Assembly: GCA_951406725.2 (NCBI GenBank)
Contig: OX597814.1
Location: 214,272,001 to 214,336,000, forward strand
Length of the DNA: 64,000 nucleotides
Direction of reading: 5' to 3'
Source: Octopus vulgaris
Lineage: Eukaryota
Position numbers and translations under genes: made by a program. Shown piece by piece: positions 12,022-24,942 of this stretch. Position 1 is the stretch's first letter, and every line of letters begins with the position of its first letter. The notes under the pieces are model-generated. The model was given only the letters and a program-made list of their open reading frames with translations, was not told where the DNA came from and searched no databases.

Positions 12022-12947
12022 CATATATGATGATACTTAATTAATTATATATACTGAAATATACATACACATCCACAAGTACATATATAATATTCAGTTA
12101 TTACTAATATTATCGTTATTATTAATATTAGATTATGTGTATTCTGCTATTCACAATACATAGTATATGAAATCTAAAATATAGAATACAATATATAAAC
12201 ACATGTTTATGAAAGATATAAATATATTAATTTTACAATCAATATCAGTATATCAATATATCATTTATTATAGTTATTTCAATATTATTGTGCATATATA
12301 TATATATATATATATATGGGTAACAAACACATGCATATGTATACATACACATACACACAAATATACATAAATACATATATAAATTTTTTTTCCATTTCAT
12401 CATACTAAAATATACATACATATATTTTTAAACGTAATATAGTTCGCAGACTAAGAGAGAAACTTTGTGAGCTTTCTTTTTCCGTTATTTATTAATATTT
12501 TAGTAGTTTAAATCTTACGGGGATTGGGGAGGGATTATTTTTAATCATTTGCTAAATCTAATTGGTTAACAATTTTGAAATTCTTTGTCTCGGTTACGGT
12601 TGGTTGATTGAAAACCGATGAAGTAAAACAAATTATAAACAGAACATAAATAATTGAAAATGGGAATTCATATGTTTTTATATATACATATATATACATA
12701 CATACACCTATATATAGATATATATACGCAGATATACATACATATATATACGGACTAACATACATATATACAGACATATTAATTAATTAATTTTTAAAGT
12801 GGTATATTAAAGGGATATTATTTAATATATAAACTTAGTCATAATATGTAAAAGGATAAAATAAAGTTTAGGTCACATCATATATATGAGATCACATTGT
12901 ATTTAAGTGAATACAGTAATTAAAGATTTAGTATGAACTGGGTAAAT

Positions 12948-13515
12948 ATCATCATCATCATCATCATTTAGCGTCCGCTTTCCATGCTAGCATGGGTTGG
13001 ACGGTTCAACTGGAGTCTGTGAAGCTGGAAGGCTTCGTCAGACCCAGTCAGATCTGGCAGTGTTTCTACGGCTGGATGCCCTTCCTAACGCCAGCCACTC
13101 CGTGAGTGTAGTGGGTGCTTTTTACGTGCCACCTGCACAGGTGTCAGACAGAGCTGGCAAACAGCCACGAATGGATGGTGCTTTTACGTGTCACCGGCAC
13201 GGGGCCAGGCGATGCTGGCAACGGACACGAACGGGTGGTGCTTTTACGTGCCACCGACACGGGGCCAGACAGAGCTGGCAAACGGCCACGAATGGATGGT
13301 GCTTTTACGTGTCACCGGCACGGGGTCCAGGCGAGGCTGGCAACGGACACGAACGGATGGTGCTTTTACGTGCCACCGACACGGGGCCAGACAGAGCTGG
13401 CAAACGGCCACGAACGGATGGTGCTTTTACGTGTCACCGGCACGGGGGCCAGGTGAGGAGGCTGGCAATGGACACGAACGGATGGTGCTTTTACGTGCCA
13501 CTGACACGGGGCCAG
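12948..13515 (-). mobile_element. RTE 3'UTR-derived element (family C) with ~61-bp tandem array
   Basis: (CAT)n start, family C core, then about 6-7 units of gatggtgcttttacgtg(t/c)cacc. Confidence 0.8.
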
Positions 13516-14120
13516 GTAATATATAAATGGAAATCTGTATGTTGAGGTAAGAACTGTTAGAATGAATGTTTGGGTTCAGTAAAACTTTTATATATAGTAC
13601 TTTTAAATGTTTACTCAAGAAAATTTGGTTTGGTTGAGTTAAGGCAATATTTATTAAGACTGATTTATAAATAGAGGAGAAAGTCTAGTTGAGTTTATTG
13701 ACATAGAGACATTTATTTAAAAACATGTATTACTTGTTGAAATAATCAGAAAAGGTGTGAAAGTGTTTTGTGTACATATGTAATCAAAAGTCTTTATACG
13801 CATGCGTGTGTGTGTGTGTGTAGGTGCATAACCTAGTCGTTAGGATGTTGTACTCATGATCACGAGATTGTGGTTTCGATTCCCAGACCAGGTGGTGTGT
13901 TGAGTTTTTGAGCAAAACTCTTCATTTCACATTGTTCTGCACTTATTTTGACTTGTGACATGTGGGCACACTTGTGCACCTGTACAGGTAATGTTAGTTT
14001 GATGAAGAGAGTGAGCTTATGTGAACACAAACATTTGATTTCCATAAACAAGTTATCCATGTGGTTGTTCAAGAAATTATGGAACCCTCATATGTCGTCT
14101 AACAATAAGAGAGTTCATAA

Positions 14121-14122
<2 letters not shown>

Positions 14123-14159
<37 letters not shown>

Positions 14160-14252
14160 AAGAGCAAGCATGGTACCCCCTAGGATTATATATTCCTCTT
14201 AACCAACTTTGGAAATTTACTTATATATATATGTGTATATATGTATGTATGC

Positions 14253-14302
<50 letters not shown>

Positions 14303-14473
14303 ATACATATATATATACATATATATATATATATACATATACATATACATACATATACATATATATACATATATATATATACATACATATATATATATAC
14401 ACATATACATATATATATACATATACATATATATATACATATATACATATATACATATACATATACATACATA
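14123..14473. repeat. (TA)n/(TACA)n microsatellite complex
   Basis: Directly visible; produces spurious YI-repeat ORFs. Confidence 0.95.
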
Positions 14474-16330
14474 AGCCCCTGTACCTGGCTTTCGTTGACA
14501 TGGAGAAAGCTTTTGATAGGGTCCCCCGATCCCTCATCTGGTGGTCAATGAGGAAACTAGGGATAGATGAATGGCTGGTGAGGGCAGTGCAAGCCATGTA
14601 CAGAGATGCCGTAAGTAAGGTTAGAGTTGGCAACATGTACACAGAAGAATTCAAAGTAGAGGTTGGGGTCCACCAGGGTTCAGTACTCAGCCCCCTCCTA
14701 TTTATCATAGTCCTCCAGGCAATTGTGGAGGAATTCAAGACAAGTTGCCCCTGGGAGCTCCTCTATGCTGACGACCTCGCTCTAATTGCTGAGTCACTAT
14801 CAGAACTGGAGGAGAAGTTCCAGGTGTGGAAGGAGGGTTTAGAATCGAGGGGCCTTAGAGTCAACCTAGCTAAAACCAAAGTACTAATAAGTAGAAAGGT
14901 AGACAATCCACAAATATCCTCAGGAAGATGGCCCTGCTCGATCTGTAGAAAAGGTGTGGGTAGAAACTCTATAAGATGTACCCAGTGTAAGCTATGGACA
15001 CATAAGAGGTGCAGCAATGTCAAAGGTAGGCTAACTGGGAAGATAGTTTTTGTATGTGGCAGATGCTCTGGAGCATTGACCTCCGAAAATCTGCAGAAAA
15101 CAACTTCCGTCACTTTCCGGGGGAAAAACTAGAAGTAGTTGATAGCTTCCGCTATCTAGGTGACCAAGTCAGTAGTGGGGGTGGGTGCGCTGAAAGTGTA
15201 ACTGCTAGAATAACAATAGCCTGGGCAAAGTTTAGGGAGCTCTTACCTCTGCTGGTGACTAAAGGCCTCTCGCTCAGAGTAAAAGGCAGACTGTATGATG
15301 CATGTGTACGAACAGCTATGCTACATGGCAGTGAAACATGGGCCGTGACTGCTGAGGACATGCGTAAGCTCGTGAGGAACGAAGCCAGTATGCTCCGATG
15401 GATGTGTAATGTCAGTGTACTTACTCGACAGAGCGTTAGTACCTTGAGAGAAATGTTGTACCTAAGAAGTATCAGTTGTGGTGTGCAAGAGAGACGATTG
15501 CGCTGGTATGGTCATGTGGCGAGAATGGATGAAGATAGGTGTGTGAGAAAGTGCCAATCCCTAGCAGTTGAGGGAACCCGTGGAAGAGGTAGACCCAGGA
15601 AAACCTGGGACGAGGTGGTGAAGCACGACCTTCGGACGTTAGGTCTCACCATGGAAATGACTAGAGACCGAGACCTATGGAAGTATGCTGTGCGTGAGAA
15701 GACCCGGCAAGACTAGTGAAGCCATAATCCGTGGCCCCTACCTGGGACGTAGTCAGTCCACCTGTGCATACCTTCCTTCTTGTGACACTTGTTGAAGACC
15801 TGTTGAGGCAAGTGAGAACCGAATCAAATCAAATCGAACCAAATCAAAATAGATGTACATCAATGGAATTTGTACCCTTGTGGTACCAGTGCCGATGGCT
15901 AATAAGAAAACCACCCGAACGTGACCGTAGCCAGTACCGCAACGACTGGCCTCCGTGCTGAGGGCACGTAACAAACACCATCCGAGCGTGGCCGTCTGCC
16001 AGCCTCGTCTGGCACCTGTGTCGGTGACACATAAGAAAACACCATCCGAGCGTGGCCGTCAGCCAGCCTCGTCTGGCACCTGTGTCGGTGGCACATAAAA
16101 AACACCATCCGAGCGTGGCCGTCTGCCAGCCTCGTCTGGCACCTGTGTCGGTGGCACATAAAATCACCCACTACACTCTCGGAGTGGTTGGCGTTAGGAA
16201 GGGCATCCAGCTGTAGAAACACTGCCAGATCTGACTGGCCTGGTGCAGCCTTCGGGCTTGCCAGACCCCAGTTGAACCGTCCAACCCATGCTAGCATGGA
16301 AAGCGGACGTTAAATGATGATGATGATGAT
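14474..16330 (+). mobile_element. RTE-clade LINE, 5'-truncated (RT + Cys-rich insert + 3'UTR + (GAT)n tail)
   Basis: [32 protein letters not shown] and FRYLG motifs; one frameshift near 15120; stop at 15716. Confidence 0.92.
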
Positions 16331-16348
16331 ATATATGTATATACATAT

Positions 16349-16386
<38 letters not shown>

Positions 16387-16654
16387 TATCTTATATTAAA
16401 CTTTTTAATACTTTTTGATAGTTATATATATTTAATAAAAATATATGTGTATATATAAAAATTTATAAATATAAATTAATAATTTTAATTTTAAATTTAA
16501 ATAATTAAAATTTTATATTTTATATATTATATTAATTATTTTTATTTTTATGTTTTGGCTTATGCTTTTCACTGTTTGATTTGCCTAATAGTGGTTTTAT
16601 CTCTAATTTAATTTATATATATATGTATGTGTGTGTGTGTGTGTGTGTGTGTAT

Positions 16655-17557
16655 TTCTTGACTACCTACACACCCATAACCCCATTGCTAAAAATAACTC
16701 TACAGCCACTGACCTTAACCAAAATGGACACAAGCATTTATTACTAGATTTCCTCCCTAACCCCTGCAGAGAAGAAGAGATACCTGCTACTTTCTTTAAA
16801 TTCTTTTCATTTTGCTCTATTTTGTTTATTTTTTTAAGCTATCTTCTTCTACCTCCTCATCCTCTCCCTTATCGTTTTGGCTGCCCCTGTACACCATATT
16901 CTTAGACACTATATGCTCATATCCCTTACTTTATCTATAAAGCCAATCCTTAACTTCCCCCCTCACTTTTTCTACCTCTCTTTCTATTTATTTATTTTTC
17001 TTTCCTTTTACCACTTGATAGCCACCTCCACTACCATTCTGTTATTGAATGTTGATATGTCTTTTTTTATGGATGTTTACAATATCAGGACTTTAACCCA
17101 CATGGATCTATGCAGAATTACACCTAAGGACTTATGCGCTTATTTTATAAAATCGGAAAGTTGAACTGTGAACTTTTATGCTTTATTTTTCTTTTCTCTC
17201 CTCATCTCCTTATTCCTTTACTCCAGGCCTCTATGTCATCATTTCATTAATCTATACCGTTCTCAATTTCCCTATTTGTCTCTGATGATGGAATATCCCA
17301 TACTCTGGGATATCCCAGAAACAGCTGTAAGACTGAATTTTTTCCAGGGAAAATAATGCATAGGACTTGAGATGTTTACCTTACTTTAACATTTGTTGTC
17401 CTCTTTAACAATTATATATCCTCTATATCGGAAATCTGCAATGGCTCCATAACTACCGTCTCGGCTGTAATCTTGGAGCCCTAGTAATTCGTTACAGCAC
17501 TTACCTAGCGTACCTTATCGTTTAGATCACCTGTGAACTAAACCTCCATACTTTGTA
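16655..17557 (+). mobile_element. Probable Penelope-like element 3' end/pseudo-LTR carrying a hammerhead
   Basis: Unique segment bounded by (TG)n and (TA)n, containing the hammerhead at 17278-17333; class inferred from the hammerhead type. Confidence 0.45.
17278..17333 (+). ncRNA. Type I hammerhead ribozyme motif
   Basis: GTCT CTGATGA TGG-A-ATATCCCA TACTC TGGGATAT-C-CCA GAAAC AGCT GTA AGAC: stem I GTCT/AGAC, 11-bp stem II, palindromic stem III; predicted cut after 17329. Confidence 0.85.
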
Positions 17558-17559
17558 TA

Positions 17560-17619
<60 letters not shown>

Positions 17620-18041
17620 ATAGCATCACACCAACCAAAGCCTTGTGAGTGGATTTCATACATGGAAACTGAAAGAAGACTGTCGTATATATGTGTATAT
17701 TTGTGTGTGTGTGTGTGTGTACCCCCATCATCCTTTGACAACAGATGTTGCTGTGTTTACATACCCATAACTTAGCAGTTCGACAAAACAAACACTGATA
17801 GAATAAGTACTAGGCTTACAAAAAATAAATCCTGGGGTCGGTTTGATCAACTAAAGGCGGTGCTCCAGCATGGCTGCAGTTAATGGATACCGATAGTATA
17901 TACAGATACTTTATCCCTTAGTTGGTTATTATAACCACTGACTCTGTTTACACTATACATATACAAACTTACCAAATCATTCCTCAACAACCACACAAAC
18001 CAATGCACTTTTGTACCTGTTGATTACAAACAGTTCCTTAC

Positions 18042-18164
18042 CTTCTTTGAAATAGGTATCTTGCCTGTTCGTATTATTGCAATCTGGTCATTGAGGGTGA
18101 CTTTCAGTTTATTCAGGTAAGCAAAGTCAACTGACCTCCCATAATTGGCATAATACAATAAACC
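18042..18164 (-). CDS. NAALADL2: NAALADL2-like coding exon 3 (PA domain)
   Basis: tttAG acceptor and AAG|GTAAGG donor, phase 0-0. GLLYYANYGRSVDFAYLNKLKVTLNDQIAIIRTGKIPISKK matches the YxNYG..DF...IAI.R.GK PA motif. Not in the ORF track. Confidence 0.9.
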
Positions 18165-18303
18165 CTAAATAAAAACAAAATAGAAAAAATAGTATTAAAT
18201 AATTGTGAGAAAACACAAACATGCAACTGAAGAACCCTCCACGTCACATTCTGAGTTCAAATCCTGACAGAGCTAGTTTTTTCATAGCAAATTTCAATTT
18301 AAC

Positions 18304-18674
18304 ATATATAAAAGTGAAGTTGTGTGTCTGTCTCCTACGATTTAGATTCCTAACTACTCCCACATTTTGCGGTGCAGTTTAACCAAAACCGGGTATCTTT
18401 TAGTCGTGATTCATATCAAGCCCTTCTGGGTATTAGTGTGCGTCTATGATGAGTCTACGATTTAAAAAAAAATTTACCATCATTTTTTTCCATTTTAATG
18501 CATTTTTTCGCTATTATATAAGGGAAGTAACTCTCTTAAAATGTCTACGATGAGTCAACGATTTTTTTCTCATTTTTAATGCATTTTTTTGCTATTTTTT
18601 GGCTATAACTCTCTAAAAATGCTTATATAGTTATTTCCCTTACAAACCTGAGCAATGCCGGGCGATACTGCTAG
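18304..18674 (+). mobile_element. Non-autonomous Helitron
   Basis: Reverse complement of 47060-47454; 3' GC hairpin then CTAG|T. Confidence 0.75.
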
Positions 18675-20369
18675 TAACCATATACAAATGTACATGTGAA
18701 CAACTTAATGTAACCTTTGTTTCTCTATCGCTGTAGGACATGATTCTTTTTACCCTTTGCTTCGGTAAATCATAAAACACAACTCCAGTTGATCGGTTTT
18801 TCAGTAGCTTATTTGCTTTTGCACTTCTTTGCATATTTTCATTTAAAGTATGAATTTCAACAAAAAATAACTTACACTGAATCAGCCTGATTTTCACTAA
18901 TTAATTAAATTTTTAATAGAGAAGGTGATCTATCCCTTGTCAATGAGGATTAAGGCCCTCATGCTTTCCGAAATCCGCCGAAACTACACCTGATTATATA
19001 TACACCTTAGATGAGTTGTAATGCACCTGAGCACTGTACACAATGTTTTATTATTATTATTATTATTATTGTAATGTCGTTCTCTTTGTTTACTCAAATC
19101 AAGAACTCCAAAGTTGTTAAAGGAACTACAAGCATTCGCTGGGGTCAATTCCATCAAATCTAAACATTAGCAATCACACATACTCAGTATATGTGCTTTG
19201 TTTGTTTTCTGGTAGGCTGCAGTTTAGCACAGTGGAGACAACTCCTTCAGTTCACCTCCAATTCCTTTCAGGTGTGTGCTGTTGATAAGCTACAAAAATG
19301 GTGAAGCATCAATATTTACGTTACTTTGCCAACATCTTCTTTGTTTCACTATAAATAAAATGCACACACACACACACACACATATAGGTGCAGGAGTGGT
19401 TGTGTGGTAAGAAGCTTGCTTCCCAACCACATGGTTCAGGGCTCAGTCCCACAGTGTGGCAGGTGTCTTGTACTATAGCCTCAGGCTGACCAAAGCCTGG
19501 TGAGTGGATTTGATGGACAGAAACTGAAAGAAGGCGATTTGGAGTGAGCTGCCTCACTTGTTTATGACTTTTGGGTGTTTTAACACCTGCACTTTGAAGG
19601 TCTCATCTCCACACCATTTTGCAGCCTACAGGTGAACAAGCAAAGCACATACATTGAGTATGTGTGTTCGTTAATGCTTGCAACACTAGTAACTATATCT
19701 ACTTTATATTTGAATCTATTAAGTTTATTCAATTTCTGGTTTTATAATAATGTCAGGTACTTTTTGGAAGTTTTTCATGCTTGCATATATACAAAATGTT
19801 TTTTTTTCTTTTGTTATTGGAGCCATTCAGAAACAGACAGCTGAAAACTATTATATAAGGAGTATTGTTGGTGACTCAAAAATATAAATGATACATTAAA
19901 ATGTAAAGGTTTCTTTTTTACCTAATATACAATGTCTAACAAAATGATAATGAAGTAAGAAGAGCAGAACTCTGGTAATGAAGAGAGAATAAAATGGTAG
20001 CTGATAGATATACACAAGAAAATATCCAAAAAGCCTGCAGGCTTGATCAAACTTGACCACCTATGTCAGATAATGTATATAAAACATGAATAAGGAACAT
20101 AGAGAAATAAATTCATTTTAATTGAGCTTACCAGTGGAAGCTTGTACAAACAAGTAATAGTCAATAGAAATTCAATACTTTGAAAAAAGGAAAGAATTTA
20201 CTATACAAAGTTACATAATAGAGCTATGTTCAAAAAGTAATGCAAGCGACAACTTTATTTAACATAACACAAAAAATAATTCTTACTAAAAAGAATAACA
20301 GTTTTGACCAATAAGATAAAAAGTGTCTGATAGAAATGATAGTAGAATGTCCTTTGACATTTTCTTTAC

Positions 20370-20517
20370 CGTGTGGTAAGTAGCTTGCTTACCAGCCACA
20401 TGGTTCCAGGTTCAGTCCCACTGCATGGCACCTTGGGCAAGTGTCTTCTACTATAGCCTCAGGCCAACCAAAGCCTTGTGAGTGGATTTGGTAGACGGAA
20501 ACTGAAAGAAGCCCGTC

Positions 20518-20559
<42 letters not shown>

Positions 20560-20765
20560 ATATGTGTTTGTGTTTGTCCCCCTAGCATTGCTTCACAACC
20601 GATGCTGTTGTGTTTATGTCCCCGTCACTTAGCAGTTCGGCAAAAGAGACTGATAGAATAAGTACTGGGCTTACAAAGAATAAGTCCCGGGGTCGAGTGG
20701 CTCGACTAAAGGCGGTGCTCCAGCATGGCCACAGTCAACTAACTGAAACAAGTAAAAGAGTAAAT
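20370..20765 (+). mobile_element. SINE family A, near full length
   Basis: Colinear with 7445-7830. Confidence 0.8.
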
Positions 20766-21169
20766 AAATATTCAGAAAGCAGAAATTAATGTTTGTTGCA
20801 ATATATCATTAGGGGTGTGCAGAGAAGAATATATATACATGAAGTTTCATTAGTCTTTATCTGTGTCTATGCTTCATTGGCTTCAGCTAGGGGTCAGAGC
20901 AATTATAGTGTTTTGCCCTTCTATGGTGCACCCTCCCAACCCACTCTCACCACCTCTACTAGAAGTCTCTCTCCTCTTACTTCTACCAGAAGTCTCTCTC
21001 CTAAGCACCTCTAACAGTCACCCATACAGAATGCTTCCCCTCCATCCCTGTCTAGAATCTATCTCCCATTAAACGTAGGGATCACGAAGCAAATATAATG
21101 ATGGTGAAGTGTATGCAGGTTGAAGTCTATTTGTGTGTTTACGATGTCTGCCAAATACACATGCAAGCT

Positions 21170-22015
21170 TTCTTTTCAGATGCATAATGCTGCTCTTCCC
21201 TATCCCAGGGTCTTGCCTGCCCACACCATCAACACCCTCAGAGTTGGCACACTTAGTGTTGGCACATTGAAAGGTAGGTCTGGTAAGATTGTTGAGATGC
21301 TTGAATAGAAATATGTAGATTTATGTTGCATCCAGGGGGTAAGATGGAGAGGAAGTCCTATTAGGTTCTTCGCAGGTAAAGAACATAGGTATAAGATTTT
21401 CTAGGGGGGCGTGGGTATACTCCTTGCAGAGAAATGGGTTCATAAAGTAATCGAGGTAGTCAGAGTCTGTGATAGAATACTTAAGCTTAGACTAGTGCTG
21501 CAACATGGAATAGCAACCATTATCTAGGCCTATGCTCCTCAGTCAAGGCTACCTGACAAACAGAAAGACCAATTTTATGTGACCCTCTTGCAGACTATCT
21601 TGTTGACAAATGACAGGTACCTTCTCTTTGTGGCTGGCGACTTCAATGGGCATGTTGGACAACATCCAGGGAGCTTCCATAGTGTGTATGGTGGCAACAG
21701 ATTTGGTTCCAGCAATGAGAAAGGAACCAGGCTGCTGGAGTTCTGTGATGCAAAATATCTTATTAATCTGTAATACTAACTTCTGGAAACGTGCTAGTCA
21801 CCTGCTAGTCTGGTAGGTACACTAGTCAGATTGACTACATTCTCACCAGGAAACGAGAAAGATGGCTACTTATAAATGCCGAAACTCCCCCAGATGAAGA
21901 ATGCACCCCACAACATAGGTTAGTAGTTAGTGACTTCAGAGTCAGGGTTAATTGGCTGCCAAAAAGACAACCAGTGTGGAAAAGAAAGGTCTGGAAGTTT
22001 AAGGATCCTCTGAAA
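21170..22015 (+). mobile_element. Decayed RTE-type AP-endonuclease region
   Basis: LRVGTLSVGTLKGRS, AYAPQ, VAGDFNGHVG, LLEFC, QIDYIL and QHRLVVSDF motifs, with stops and frameshifts. Confidence 0.8.
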
Positions 22016-22074
22016 GGTATTCAGGACAATGTAGTCCTGAATACCCTAAAAAGATGGGATGGTCATGACTGGAA

Positions 22075-23260
22075 TGCCTGAAGGTAAATAATACAGTGAG
22101 CTATAAGAAATTCGACAATGAAGTAGCAAGAATGACCACCAAATTCAAAGGGGAAGACAAACAAAAGCTCATGGCAGGATGGTCATTCGTCTGCTGATAT
22201 TCGTTGATGCTGTATCAAAGAAACCAAAGAACAAAAGGCCAAAGAAAAAAGGAGAAAGAAAAAATGCACTCAACACCATAGCTGAAGACGCCTCCGAAAG
22301 CAAGGGGCCTCACCATGTCAAAAACAAAACTGGACATGGTTCCTCCTGATGGTGTCTTTAGCCACTGGATCCTATAAAGAAGCTGTTGATGTAGCGAACC
22401 ATGAAATGTGGTTGGAATTCCTCAGATATTGACTGACTGCAGGAAAAGACTTGCTGATAATCCACAAAGCGGAATGACAAAGCAGAGAGATGCTGGACAG
22501 TATGACAGTGTAACAAAGGATCAAATGGGTTTGCAGCTCAATCTGGGGTAAAGTTGCAACAAGTAATGATGATGAACCATGTCCCCTTGATCCCAGAGCA
22601 CAGGGGGAGAATAAAGGATCAAAATGGAACAGAAAATGGAATGGACCCGGACCAGAAATGGACAATGAGAAAGAAAGTGGTAAAGGAAAGGTAGACGAAG
22701 AATTCAGCTGCTGTGGAAAGGTGTTTTCTAGTTACATTGGGCTTAGAATTCACCAAGGGAAGGTGTGTCAGAAGAAAGTGATTTAACAGTGTGGGTAGAA
22801 AAACCAGAAGATATGTGGCCAGAACCTCTTGGAAAGAAACCATAGCAAAGGTAATTCCACAGTTGAATCAGAACAGCCAGGAAAAGAGATAGGCATGAAG
22901 AAGCCAAAGATTAAGTGGCCAAAGGCAAATGATGCAGCTACCTATAAGAAATTTGACAATGAGGTGGCAAGAATGACCACCAAATTCAAAGGAGAAGATG
23001 AACAAAAGCTCATGGCAGGATGGTCATTCGCCTGCTGACATTCATTGATGCTGCATCAAAGAAACCAAAGAACAAAAGGCCAAAGAAAAAAGGAGAAAGA
23101 AACAAACGCATTCAACACCAGAGCTGAAAGTGTGTGTGTGTGGGGGGGTCACATCAAAAACAGGAGAGGAGTAGGGGTTGAAACTAGATGTGGTTCCTCC
23201 TGATGATAGCCACTGGATCTTATAAGGGAGCTGTTGAGGTAGCAAACCACAAAACATGGC
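22075..23260 (+). mobile_element. Duplicated, internally deleted non-LTR element (HERO/R2-like)
   Basis: ~320-bp direct repeat (22100-22420 vs 22940-23265); KIKWPKANDAATYKKFDNEV resembles the pre-RT region of RLE-type elements. Confidence 0.45.
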
Positions 23261-23539
23261 TGGAATTCCCCATACATATATACAATGGGCTTCTTTCAGC
23301 TTTCATCTACCAAAAATCTATTCACAAGACTTTGGTCAGCCTTTTGAGCAGAAGACACTTTGCGCAAGGTATCATACAGTGAGACTGAACCCAGAACAGT
23401 CTGTTGGGAAACACACTTCTCACTATACACCCATGCCTATGCCTAACCATGCCTGCACCTGCTGAATATAGAAATACTTATAGAAAAATTAGGTAAAAAT
23501 AAATCTTTTATTAAAGGTAAATATTAATTGTTAACTTAC

Positions 23540-23864
23540 TTTGAAGTTATCGTTACTTGTCTCAAACACGTAGCTGTGTTCGTCTTGTTCAACATGGTTT
23601 GCTTTAGTCTTAGAAGAAATTTTAGGGATCGAACTGCTGTCAGAATTTAAGGTTTTCAATTGGGCACTCAACTGAACTTGTCCTTTCCCATTAACAATCT
23701 CCATATAATTAGGTTCTTTTACATCCGGGGTAGTAACTAGAACATTGTAAGTAAGAACTTCAACTTTGTCAAGTCCAACTTGGTAAAATTTCTTTTGAAT
23801 GTAATCTCTGAATTGATTATCATAGTCCTTTTTTGGCTGTTGTGGAAGCTGTTTTGGAAAATCC
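23540..23864 (-). CDS. NAALADL2: NAALADL2-like coding exon 2
   Basis: ttatAG acceptor and AAA|GTAAGT donor, phase 2-0. YIQKKFYQVGLDKVEVLTYNVLVTTPD matches GCPII [26 protein letters not shown]. Confidence 0.88.
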
Positions 23865-24142
23865 CTATAATAGAAAGATTTCAAAACAATTATTATATCA
23901 ATCATTAACACAGAATAATTTGGTATGTTATAGAAGTAGCCAGAAATATTAATATCGATTACCTCAATTCCTATATTTTTCTTTACTTGTATTCTAACAC
24001 CAGAAATATTCAAAAACTCTTTCCTCTATTCTACACCAGATCAAATTGGACAAAAGATCAACCCATACCAGCATGGTAGACACACATTATTTGATGATGA
24101 TGATGACGATGAAATTAACAAATGCCTCTTCGCAAACAAGGT

Positions 24143-24372
24143 GGTAGGCTGGCAGAGACGTTAGCACGCTGGGCGAAATACTTAGTGGTATTTCGTCTGC
24201 CGCTATTGTTCTGAGTTCAAATTCCGCCGAGGTCAACTTTGCCTTTCATCCTTTCAGGGTCGATAAATTAAGTACCAGTTACGCACTGTAGTTGATATAA
24301 TCGACTTAATCCGTTTGTTTGTCCTTGTTTGTCCCCCTCTATGTTTAGCTCCTTGTGGGCAATAAAAAAATA
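24143..24372 (+). mobile_element. SINE family B monomer
   Basis: Full head-to-tail copy ending ccttgtgggcaataaaaaaa. Confidence 0.8.
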
Positions 24373-24559
24373 ACAAACATAATATTTTCATGCGTCTAAG
24401 TCAAACTATTAAGAAGTACAAATTTGAAAACCCAACCTGTATTTCACTTCATAAAAAGAAAAAATCCCAGAATATTTATTAGCAATCATAATAAAGTAAT
24501 AAACCTTCAGATAAACTAATAAACCTTTCTAACAGAAGTTTAGAGGTGCAAATTTGGAT

Positions 24560-24942
24560 TGGAAGCACTCTGTCGGTTACAACGACGAGGGTTCCGGTTG
24601 ATCCGAATCAATGGAAGAGCCTGCGCGTGAAATTAACGTGTAAGTGGCTGAGCTCTCCACAGACATGTGTACCCTTAACGTAGTTCTCAGGGATATTCAG
24701 CGTGACACAGAGAGTGACAAGGCCGGCCCCTTGAAATACAGGTACAACAGAAACAGGAAGTAAGAGTAAGGGAAAGTTGTGGTGAAAGAGTACAGCAGGG
24801 ATCACCACCATCCCCTGCCGGAGCCTCGTGGAGCTTTAGGTGTTTTCGCTCAATAAACACTCACAACGCCCGGTCTGGTAATCGAAACCGCAATCCTATG
24901 ACCGCGAGTCCGCTGCCCTAACTACTGGGCCATTGCGCCTCC
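24560..24942 (-). mobile_element. SINE family F variant
   Basis: tRNA-like head on the minus strand: ggaggcgcaatggcccagtagttaggg...ggtttcgattacc. Confidence 0.7.

Noticed and set aside
12997-13545. Overlapping 112-182 aa ORFs with repeated motifs; superficially CRISPR-like array
   Set aside because: Tandem ~61-bp units of an RTE-tail repeat; no unique spacers and no cas genes; eukaryotic context.
14186-14551. Several ORFs of YI/MY/HI repeats
   Set aside because: Translations of (TA)n/(TACA)n microsatellite.
23865-24013. N-terminal part of the 160-aa ORF
   Set aside because: Intronic read-through upstream of the acceptor at 23865.
24860-24942. tRNA-like sequence
   Set aside because: It is the head of SINE family F and continues into the SINE body; no complete cloverleaf.
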